A stretch of DNA of 26,008 nucleotides from positions 1 through 26,008 of the IMG/VR virus record IMGVR_UViG_3300025889_000841. One strand, written 5' to 3'. Within the stretch, counting starts at the first letter, position 1. Each line of letters starts with the position of its first letter. The DNA is from a virus (Duplodnaviria; Caudoviricetes). Of the stretch, positions 16,380-24,210 are shown piece by piece. The position numbers and the translations under genes are program-made. The notes beneath the pieces are model-generated. The model did not search any database. It was given only the letters and a program-made list of their open reading frames with translations, and was not told where the DNA came from.

Positions 16380-17657
16380 CTAGGCCTGGGAGAACAGGAT
16401 CACACCTGACATCTCTGGCTGCTTGTTTACTACGCCGAACAGAGTGTCACACCGATACTTGGTGGTCATCGTGTTGATGTCGTAAAACTTCTGCATTACC
16501 AGCTCAAGACCTTGGTCGGTCGTGCCGCGCAATACTGCGGTGCCAGCATCTGAAGGGACCGCGTATCGACCAGGCAGGATCTCCAAAGAGTCCTTCTGCC
16601 AGAACGGGTTCAGGTATGCTGCAGTGGTGTTCAAGAACGTAATCGCAGCAGTGCCGCTTGGCGCTACAATACAGTTCTGGTACTGGGCCTCTGCATCGCT
16701 ACCACCTTGGTCGCTGATGATTCCTGGAGAGATGACCATTGACGTGCCGTTAACCACGCTAATCACTCGGAAGGTCTTCAACTGGCCAGTGTCCTGCTTG
16801 GTGATGTGGTGGACAGAGGTTACACCTGCGATGGTGAAACAGTCGCCAGCAGCAACGCCTGCAGTGGCAGAAACGCTTACCGTCTGGTAACGGTTGTCAA
16901 CGTTGATCTGACCGCCAACTGAGCTGCTAGTAGCAGCAGGAACCAAGAAGTTAGCAGCGCCAACCAGCGTGCTGATAGTCTTGCTACCGCCGCCTGCAGC
17001 AGCAGCCTGACGGTTTGCATAGTCCAGCTTGAACGTATCAAACGAGCTAACCTGACCAACAAACGCACGCTCATAAGCGCTGTCTGACTTGGAGTTGCCA
17101 AATGATCGTGACGCCTTTGACAGGTCATTAGCCATGCCATTGTAGTCGCGAGTTGACAGTGCCAGGAATCGATCATAGTTGGGCACGCCTTGCTCGTTCA
17201 TGATGGCTTCGCACTGGGCTACGTCATCAAAACCTGTGGCAGCAGCGGTACGCTTAACAACCAAAGTACCCTGCGATGAGGCAGTGTTCATGATTGCAAC
17301 GTTAATGTCACTGGCCAGCTTCTGCTTGGCAGCATCACCAAGACGACCCTCTTGCAGGGCATCTCGAAGCTCGAGAGCGTTCAGGGTGAAGGGCACGGAC
17401 TTTGAGAAGCCGATTGTTGAGGGAACAGACAACTGGGTCATGTTCTTGTAAGAACCGCTGATATCAGTGCCAGGTGCTGCATTGATGGATTCTGCAATGT
17501 AAGGCATTGGGCGCCAGATGGTGTTGTTTGCTCGCTCCATCATCGCCTGGTCAGTGTTGTATACTGAAACGTTCCGTGACAGAACGAGAGCATCCTGGAA
17601 ACCTTCCAGAATATTCTCAAACGCCACTCTTTCTTCTTTGGAAAAGCTATTAGCCAT
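16380..17657 (-). CDS. Major capsid protein (P22 coat gp5-like)
   Basis: 425 aa; MANSFSKEE, IWRP, NVDNR, HHITK..TGQLKTFRV and LFGV...PE motifs; followed by a terminator. Confidence 0.95.
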   Translation of the reverse strand: MANSFSKEERVAFENILEGFQDALVLSRNVSVYNTDQAMMERANNTIWRPMPYIAESINAAPGTDISGSYKNMTQLSVPSTIGFSKSVPFTLNALELRDALQEGRLGDAAKQKLASDINVAIMNTASSQGTLVVKRTAAATGFDDVAQCEAIMNEQGVPNYDRFLALSTRDYNGMANDLSKASRSFGNSKSDSAYERAFVGQVSSFDTFKLDYANRQAAAAGGGSKTISTLVGAANFLVPAATSSSVGGQINVDNRYQTVSVSATAGVAAGDCFTIAGVTSVHHITKQDTGQLKTFRVISVVNGTSMVISPGIISDQGGSDAEAQYQNCIVAPSGTAAITFLNTTAAYLNPFWQKDSLEILPGRYAVPSDAGTAVLRGTTDQGLELVMQKFYDINTMTTKYRCDTLFGVVNKQPEMSGVILFSQA

Positions 17658-17674
17658 TTTATTTAATCCTTAAT

Positions 17675-18541
17675 TTATTTGTTTTTTTGTTGCCGCTTGT
17701 ACTGCATCACTTTATCCATGTTGCCGGTACGCGCAGCCTCTTCACGCAATCGTTCTAATGTTGAGTCAACAGCGCCTGATGATCTAGCACTACCTTGTAT
17801 CACTCTTTCTGGCGCTGCCGCCGCCTTTCGGTTTTTCACTTTTAACTGTGTCTCCAGTTTTGCTACCGCAAAGGCAAACTTTACGGGGTCCTTGATGGAT
17901 GCAATCTCCTTGGCCTTCTTGGGATTCTTTCCCAATGCGTATATGAGAAGCGCGGGGTTGTCAGCACCTTGCAGGATCATCCCCTGCTGGGTATTGCTCA
18001 ACTCATCCTGTACAACTAGCTCGGCTTCTTCAAAGTCTTTGACCTTGAGGGACTTGCGGTTTTGGCCATAGGTCTCAAGTGTAGCGTTCCAGGCTTCTTG
18101 TTCTTTTTGCCTTTCTGCTTCAATCGATTTCTGTCGCTCTTCTACCGCACGCTTTTTCTCAACCCAGTCGATCAGTTGCCTTTCATATACATCAGAGTCG
18201 TAATCAGCGCCCTCGATGGTGGGCTTCTTTCCAAGTTCTACAGCAGTGGGTTCCGCTGCGCTTGATAGTTTAGCCAACTGCTCTCTTAGTTGCCGATTCT
18301 CTCTGTCTTTTTGTCTGTTACTCTTTCGTAGGTCCTTGACCCAACCTGGAGCCTTTGCATCGTCCTCTGGGGGTGGCGGTTCCCCTTCAATCTCAATGAC
18401 TACCTGTTCATCTTCACCTTGCTCTGCATCATCATCGGCCTCAACCTCATCGGCTTCAACCTCTTCATGTTCTGCGCTTACATCAAGCTCGGTATCAAAT
18501 TCCTCGTTGTCATCCTCAATTATTTCTGCCTGCTTGTTCAT
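17675..18541 (-). CDS. Scaffolding protein (P22 gp8-like)
   Basis: Acidic N-terminus, WVKDLRK, coiled coil, C-terminal helix-loop-helix (LERLREEAARTGNMDKVMQYKRQ). Start re-assigned to ATG 18541 after GGGG. Confidence 0.9.
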   Translation of the reverse strand: MNKQAEIIEDDNEEFDTELDVSAEHEEVEADEVEADDDAEQGEDEQVVIEIEGEPPPPEDDAKAPGWVKDLRKSNRQKDRENRQLREQLAKLSSAAEPTAVELGKKPTIEGADYDSDVYERQLIDWVEKKRAVEERQKSIEAERQKEQEAWNATLETYGQNRKSLKVKDFEEAELVVQDELSNTQQGMILQGADNPALLIYALGKNPKKAKEIASIKDPVKFAFAVAKLETQLKVKNRKAAAAPERVIQGSARSSGAVDSTLERLREEAARTGNMDKVMQYKRQQKNK

Positions 18542-18558
18542 TGTGACCCCATTATACT

Positions 18559-18588
18559 CACCCATAAAAACGGAGGGTGGAATCCGTT
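18559..18588 (-). promoter_or_regulatory. H-type RNA pseudoknot in the scaffold 5' leader
   Basis: AACGGA-UUC-CACCC-UCCGUU-UUUAU-GGGUG: stem 1 AACGGA/UCCGUU, stem 2 CACCC/GGGUG. Confidence 0.6.
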
Positions 18589-18595
18589 GTTATTT

Positions 18596-18624
18596 ATAAT
18601 ATCAGTTATTGTGAAATACACCAA
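18596..18624 (-). promoter_or_regulatory. Possible sigma70 promoter for scaffold/coat
   Basis: TTGGTG, 17-nt spacer, TATTAT with an extended -10 TGn, in AT-rich intergenic DNA. Confidence 0.45.
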
Positions 18625-18651
18625 TACTTGGCTAATTTCATTACAAATTGG

Positions 18652-21600
18652 TCATATTGGCGAAAGATCAAGCATTGCTTCTGCAAGCTCTTTTTCTTTG
18701 TCGCCCAAGTAATCGTATCCCTTCCTCATTGCACCAAGTATGTAGCTATCGTCTGCAGCCTTTTTGATTGCGGGAATGTACGGCCCAATGGCGCCACCTA
18801 TTGCTTGCATGGCTTGCTCGCCGTACTTAGGCCCAAGCTCGGTCCTTGGCTGGTAGTTGAAGTAATCCTCAGTAGCCTTGCGCTCTCTTGCTATGTCCTC
18901 GGCAGAGTAGTTGACCCCAGGTATGTACCTGTCAGCCACATAACGACCTATTGCACCAGGTGCCGACATAACCGGCGCCGCTAGGCTTGAAAACACGTCA
19001 GCGGCTAAATCTGCCATACCAGCGGTCTGCATGATGCCGCCAAGCAACGCTTGCTCAATGTCGCCCATATAGGACCTTGGCTCTGTCATGATGCCGCCCA
19101 TAAACTCATCATTGGCTTGACGCAAAAGATCCCCACCAGTTGGGGCCGGTGGTTGAGCCGCCAGCATTGCTTCTTCGTCCTCGGCTGTAGGGGCTGACCT
19201 TACGCCCATCCCGCCCATTCCAGCTTGCCCAGCTTGAGCCTCTTCTGGGCCAGCCATAAGTGCCATAGCCGCAATCGGGATGCTTACACCGAACTTTTCG
19301 CTGATCGCTTCGATTCGTGGACGTTGCTTGTCGTAAAGCCTGCGTAGAAGTTTTTCGTCAATTACGCCTTGGCTCAACTCATGGTTCATGCTCAGTGCGC
19401 GTATGTCTGCAGCATCTCCAGTTAGCTCACGGCCCTTGCCCTCCATCAGTTCTCTGGCGTCAATATCAACGTCCAGTTTGCCAATGCCTTGGCCTTTTAG
19501 GCCACCACGATACGTCGGATGATCTGACAGCTGATCCCTTGATGACGTGTTTGAAATCTCAATCTGACCGATATTTTGAATGCTGCCGTCAGGAGCCATG
19601 TACTGAGCCGCGTCACTTGTAGCTGCGCGAGCTTCTCCAATTGATAATCCGCCCTCAACGTCTCTGAACTGCTTATCAATAATGTTTGCCACAGCCTTGC
19701 GCTTATTGCCGTGAACCTCGCGGAACACAGCATTGGCCTCAGGGTTCATGACCCCCTTCCAGCTTGGGATGACCTTCCTGATTTGCTCGTCCAGCCTTTT
19801 GATGTCTGATCTTCCCATACCCTGTCGAGCGTAGTTGATCATCACATCCAGCGGCATAGTGGCAAAGTCAATACCAGTTGGAGCCATTGTGTACGGCAAC
19901 AGTAGCGGGTCTTTTTTATATTTTTCGCGTAGCTCCAGCGCTCGCTTGTACATTGACTTGACCACGCTTGGATCTGATGCCCAAACAAGCCCCTCAGATT
20001 CAGGATCGAACATAAAGTCTCGACCACCACGCAGGTTTACTGGATCTATTTCCTTTCCCTTGACGCTAGTTATCACGCCACCAGCCGCTGACCTGTCAGA
20101 TTGGGTCAATATGTAGGGGCTTCCCTCGTAATCGTATAGCGCCTCTGACCGGCCAATATTCATTAGCCTTGGATCAATCGTTGTCTCCATTCCCTCAAGA
20201 TCGGTTAGCACGCCCTTTCTTTTAGATCCACTACCAACTGGCCCACTAAAGCGAGGATCTATAATTCTACGGGCGCCCGCACTCAAAGGCCCAGCCTGGG
20301 CTTCTTCTGGGGTCATGGTTCCTGCTAGAACTGCTGTGGCTAGTGGAACGCTGATGCCGTATTTCTTGGTGATGTCGATCAGCTTGTCGTCATACACTAC
20401 ATAGTTCTTTGTCTTTGGACCTTTACCAAACCGTGTCTGTGCGTCAGCGTATTGGACGCCCTTGATGCCCGCATCCTTGAGCAATTGAGCCGCGTCTTCA
20501 GCGCCATCCTGTTCAAGCCATCGAACAAGATCCATCCCGTATGCGTTATCGCCTCGAAGCTCCGCAGCATTAGTAGCGCCTTCTTCTGCATACTTATACC
20601 AGTCTGTCTTCTTCAGCGCATTCATTACGCTTTCTGACTGCTCATCAAGTGGCAAATCCCAGTCGATGAACTCGTCCGGTGTAGCGTCAATGTTGACCTC
20701 GTACATTGAGCCACTACTGAGCTTTGCTTTTGACTTATCTAGCGACCGCAATTCATCGGCTAAATCTTTCGCGCCACCGTCCTCTAAAGCTATCGCTTGA
20801 TAGTCCCACCAGTCGTCTGGAATGTCATCAACATCAAAAAAGTCGCTATCGGAAAAAGATTCCCCTAGATGACGACGAAGCTCTGGGGAAGCGCCAGGGA
20901 TATCTATTACTCGGCCCTTCAAGGTGTCCCGATAACTTTTTGCCGTCTTCTCTCTCTCGGCAAAGTACAGCCCGCGTCCATACGCTTGGGCACCCTCGCC
21001 TGTCCCGATCTGGGACGTGCTGAACTCATCAAAGCTGTAAGGTGAGCCGTGATACGCCCTAATGCCTTCAGCAGCCACTGTATCCCCAGCAGCGGCCCTC
21101 TTGGCCAGCTCTGCTGCCGCGTTTCTCCCAGAGCTAATCGGCCCAGCTTGAGCCTCTTCTGGCGTCATGGAGCCTGCTAGAACTGCTGCGGCCAATGGTA
21201 TGCTGATGCCGTACTTCTTGGATATTGATATCAGGCGATCATCAAACACAACGTAATTGGATGACCCGCCGTCAGCGCCTCGGCTAAACGCGTCTTTGTA
21301 GCGGATACCCTTGATGCCCTGGCCTGTCATGTGCTTAACGCCTTTGGACTCGTCAAAAGACCCCAGCATGGCGTTCAATTCCTGCCCATCGATGTCCCTG
21401 TCTATGATCGCCTGTATTTGGCTATCGTCGAAACCTTTTGACTTCAACATGCCGCTGACAGAACTGCGAACCTTATCGCTCTGCTGGCTCAGCGGCAGAT
21501 CGTAGTCAAGGAAGTCATCAGGCGTGGCGTCTATGTTGACCTCGTACATGCTGCCCGCGCCCTTTTCTATGCCGACATTTCTTGTCTTTAGCTTTTCAAG

Positions 21601-22035
21601 AACCTCGATAGCACGATTAAATAGAGGGATAGCATCGTGACTTCTTATTTCAGCAATCGCGCTATCAACATTGCCACCAGTATTTTTAAGAACAGTCGTC
21701 ACAATAGATGCTGTTGCTGGAGGCGCATCTTTTAATTCTGGAAACATGATCCGCAAATCTTTTGGCCCACGATCTAGTGTTTCCCCGTCAATTGTTATTT
21801 TGTCATATCCTCGACTAAGACTATCCCGATATCCTTTAGCCACGCCTTCTTTCTCAGCAAAATACAACCCGTGACCATAACGCTGTGCGCCCTCGCCAGT
21901 ACCTATCTGCTCTGTGCTGAACCGATCAAAGCTGTGCGGCGATCCGTGATACGCCCTAATGCCTTCAGCAGCCTTGACATCGCCTTGAGCAGCACGTCTT
22001 GCCAGCTCTTCAATTGCCCTGGTCAGCTTTGACAT
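18652..22035 (-). CDS. Large modular (polyvalent-type) protein: two ADP-ribosyltransferase-fold modules, one unknown module and an ejection-like C-terminal domain
   Basis: Two copies of RAYHGSP..F..F....IGTGEGAQ.YG.GLYFAE...GSMYEVNID...GIKG..Y.DA..R...NYVV(F/Y)DD; three (K/E)K(Y/F)G(I/V)S(I/V)P...PEEAQAG linkers; TAATG coupling to the portal. Confidence 0.8.
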   Translation of the reverse strand: MSKLTRAIEELARRAAQGDVKAAEGIRAYHGSPHSFDRFSTEQIGTGEGAQRYGHGLYFAEKEGVAKGYRDSLSRGYDKITIDGETLDRGPKDLRIMFPELKDAPPATASIVTTVLKNTGGNVDSAIAEIRSHDAIPLFNRAIEVLEKLKTRNVGIEKGAGSMYEVNIDATPDDFLDYDLPLSQQSDKVRSSVSGMLKSKGFDDSQIQAIIDRDIDGQELNAMLGSFDESKGVKHMTGQGIKGIRYKDAFSRGADGGSSNYVVFDDRLISISKKYGISIPLAAAVLAGSMTPEEAQAGPISSGRNAAAELAKRAAAGDTVAAEGIRAYHGSPYSFDEFSTSQIGTGEGAQAYGRGLYFAEREKTAKSYRDTLKGRVIDIPGASPELRRHLGESFSDSDFFDVDDIPDDWWDYQAIALEDGGAKDLADELRSLDKSKAKLSSGSMYEVNIDATPDEFIDWDLPLDEQSESVMNALKKTDWYKYAEEGATNAAELRGDNAYGMDLVRWLEQDGAEDAAQLLKDAGIKGVQYADAQTRFGKGPKTKNYVVYDDKLIDITKKYGISVPLATAVLAGTMTPEEAQAGPLSAGARRIIDPRFSGPVGSGSKRKGVLTDLEGMETTIDPRLMNIGRSEALYDYEGSPYILTQSDRSAAGGVITSVKGKEIDPVNLRGGRDFMFDPESEGLVWASDPSVVKSMYKRALELREKYKKDPLLLPYTMAPTGIDFATMPLDVMINYARQGMGRSDIKRLDEQIRKVIPSWKGVMNPEANAVFREVHGNKRKAVANIIDKQFRDVEGGLSIGEARAATSDAAQYMAPDGSIQNIGQIEISNTSSRDQLSDHPTYRGGLKGQGIGKLDVDIDARELMEGKGRELTGDAADIRALSMNHELSQGVIDEKLLRRLYDKQRPRIEAISEKFGVSIPIAAMALMAGPEEAQAGQAGMGGMGVRSAPTAEDEEAMLAAQPPAPTGGDLLRQANDEFMGGIMTEPRSYMGDIEQALLGGIMQTAGMADLAADVFSSLAAPVMSAPGAIGRYVADRYIPGVNYSAEDIARERKATEDYFNYQPRTELGPKYGEQAMQAIGGAIGPYIPAIKKAADDSYILGAMRKGYDYLGDKEKELAEAMLDLSPI
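21047..21973. repeat. Direct repeat marking the duplicated ART modules (30-nt exact copies at 21047-21076 and 21944-21973)
   Basis: CCGTGATACGCCCTAATGCCTTCAGCAGCC occurs twice, 897 nt (299 codons) apart. Confidence 0.9.
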
Positions 22036-24182
22036 TATTGACCGCCCTGCGCGATACGGATCAGCTCCTCTGTACTCATGCTGGCCATATCAGGCTCGCG
22101 TTGCGGGAACCCTTGAGGTGGTTGCATCATACCGCCAGCCTCCTCCTGCATGCTCTTGCTCATCTGCCTGACCTGCTCTGCGGCGTTGATTATCCTTTTT
22201 TGGTCCTCTGACTTGATTGTGCTCAAGGTCTCCATCGTTGAAGCCTTGGTCCCTTCAGCCTTGGCAATTGACAGCAGGGTATCGGCCTTGGTCTTCTCGG
22301 CCTTGGCCACTTCATTGGCCGCTGCAGCCATCAGGTACTCAGAGTTTGCGTCTGGCCTTTGCTCTTGAGCCGCCGCCATTAAATCTTCTGCCTCTTGCTC
22401 CGTTGGCTGAACAACGCCCATCTTGATCAGCTTGCTCCTGAAGTATGACTTAACCTCGTCAATCCCCTCGCCCTCGATGTTCATCATGGCCATAGCGCTC
22501 AAGACTTGCATGGTCTCAGGGTCCTGGGTGATCTGCATCATGCCGGTCAAAGCCCTGACGGTTGCTGATCTTTTGCTGGATGAAGACGGGCCAACATCGA
22601 CCGCCACATCGAAGTTTGCTTCTGTCAGATCGTTTTCCATCTCGATGTCGCCGGAGCTGGACATCTTTGGCCGCATCATCTCAACCGAGTCAACCTCTTC
22701 AGCCTCATCGATGATCTTCATCGTTCGGCCCTCTTCAACGTACAGGTCCCTTGCCATCGACAGCCAGACTTCACCGCAACGACGCATTCCCTTTGAAAAG
22801 TTTGACATATAGATAAAGGTCTGCATGTCCAGGCGCTGCTGGATCAGCTCTACGGCCTTTCCGCTGATGTTGGACACGATGTCCTCATTGGCAGTGTAGT
22901 TGCCAAGGACCTGCATCATATCGGCCTCTGTGGTCACCAAAAGCGCTGCCATTGCAGGCGGTATCTGTGGCGACTTTGTGTATCCAACAGGCCCTGAGAT
23001 TGCCTGATTGCCTGATTGATCCGTAATCGGATTCACCAACAGGTACGGGTAATCCTTCAGGTTGTCCTCTGCCCACATGACCTGGTGACCGGCGACCTGC
23101 TCAGGCAACAGGATCGGCTTCTCAATGCTGCTCAATGCACTGATCTCGCCGAGCTTCGACAGTTGCATGTTCTTCAGCCGCTGCGAGTCCTTGGCAAGCC
23201 TGACGTGCCCCATACATCTCTCGACGTTATCGATGTACCAGCGCTTACCGTATACCGGAACGATTGGAATATTCTTGCCGGCGATGTATCCGCAATCCTC
23301 GAGGATCTTCCCGCCAGACATGATGTACTTGTGGACCTTGCGCTTTTTGACGCGCTTTTGCCTGACCTCTGTGTGACCAGTAGCCAGCAGATCGTCCTCT
23401 AGCTCCTCTTCTTCCTTGAAGTCGCTGGCCGAATACCTGACCTCTTCCCCGTCAAGGGTCTCGAATATCCTTATGGTCTCGCCTACGTCCTCGACCTTGT
23501 AAAGCTCGGCGATGTAGACAACGTCTGGCGTTAGCCAATCGAACTCACGCTGATGCACTTCCTTTGGCCATGATGCGGCGTCGTCGCCCCACTCTTCCTC
23601 ATAAGCGCTTCTGGTCATCGCGGTGATGACGTAACAACTTCTGGCGTCGCTCTTGTCCTGACGCTTTGCATTGAGGTCAAACCAGACAGAGCTGTCGGCG
23701 TCATAGATAGGCTCTATCTTGATCCGCTGACGGTCGTCATCGTCATCTTCGTCGTTCTCGTACTCTGATCTCAGGCGCCAAGCACCAAAGCCTCCTCCGA
23801 CGGCCTCTTCAAAGGCATTGTCATAGGCTTCTTGGGCGCAGGAGTCCTGCTCGTCAGACCTGAACAGGCCATTGCAGGTTGTGGATAGCTTGTCGTTGAC
23901 AACGCCGTCCTTGCTGACAAAGTCTACAGTAACCGGATTATTTCTGTACTCGTTGATGATCTTGATCACGCTCAGGTGGATCTTGTTGACCTCAAACTTT
24001 GGCTTATTTTCAAACTGATCGCCTAAAGGTCCCTCCCACTGCGCTCCAGCGATTGAATAGAACCGCCTGTCTTGCAAGCACTGCAACCGCTCGTCTCTCA
24101 AGGCGCTCTGGATTTTGTCAAATTCAGCAAGCGCATCGGCGTGCAGATTGGATAATCTTTGGTCGTTCGTGATGCGTGCCAT
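22035..24182 (-). CDS. Portal protein (P22 gp1-like)
   Basis: About 715 aa; G.QW, KFEVNK, GG.GAWRL, AKRQDKSDA, IPIVPVYG.R and D.QRL.N motifs. Start re-assigned to ATG 24182 after AAGGA. Confidence 0.95.
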   Translation of the reverse strand: MARITNDQRLSNLHADALAEFDKIQSALRDERLQCLQDRRFYSIAGAQWEGPLGDQFENKPKFEVNKIHLSVIKIINEYRNNPVTVDFVSKDGVVNDKLSTTCNGLFRSDEQDSCAQEAYDNAFEEAVGGGFGAWRLRSEYENDEDDDDDRQRIKIEPIYDADSSVWFDLNAKRQDKSDARSCYVITAMTRSAYEEEWGDDAASWPKEVHQREFDWLTPDVVYIAELYKVEDVGETIRIFETLDGEEVRYSASDFKEEEELEDDLLATGHTEVRQKRVKKRKVHKYIMSGGKILEDCGYIAGKNIPIVPVYGKRWYIDNVERCMGHVRLAKDSQRLKNMQLSKLGEISALSSIEKPILLPEQVAGHQVMWAEDNLKDYPYLLVNPITDQSGNQAISGPVGYTKSPQIPPAMAALLVTTEADMMQVLGNYTANEDIVSNISGKAVELIQQRLDMQTFIYMSNFSKGMRRCGEVWLSMARDLYVEEGRTMKIIDEAEEVDSVEMMRPKMSSSGDIEMENDLTEANFDVAVDVGPSSSSKRSATVRALTGMMQITQDPETMQVLSAMAMMNIEGEGIDEVKSYFRSKLIKMGVVQPTEQEAEDLMAAAQEQRPDANSEYLMAAAANEVAKAEKTKADTLLSIAKAEGTKASTMETLSTIKSEDQKRIINAAEQVRQMSKSMQEEAGGMMQPPQGFPQREPDMASMSTEELIRIAQGGQ

Positions 24183-24210
24183 AATCAATCCTTGGTTGTC
24201 AAGCTATTAT

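Noticed and set aside
19227-21973. Repeats considered as a CRISPR array or DGR template/variable repeats
   Set aside because: The repeats are in-frame coding, about 0.85-1.06 kb apart, differ largely at synonymous sites rather than specifically at adenines, and no cas or reverse transcriptase gene is present.
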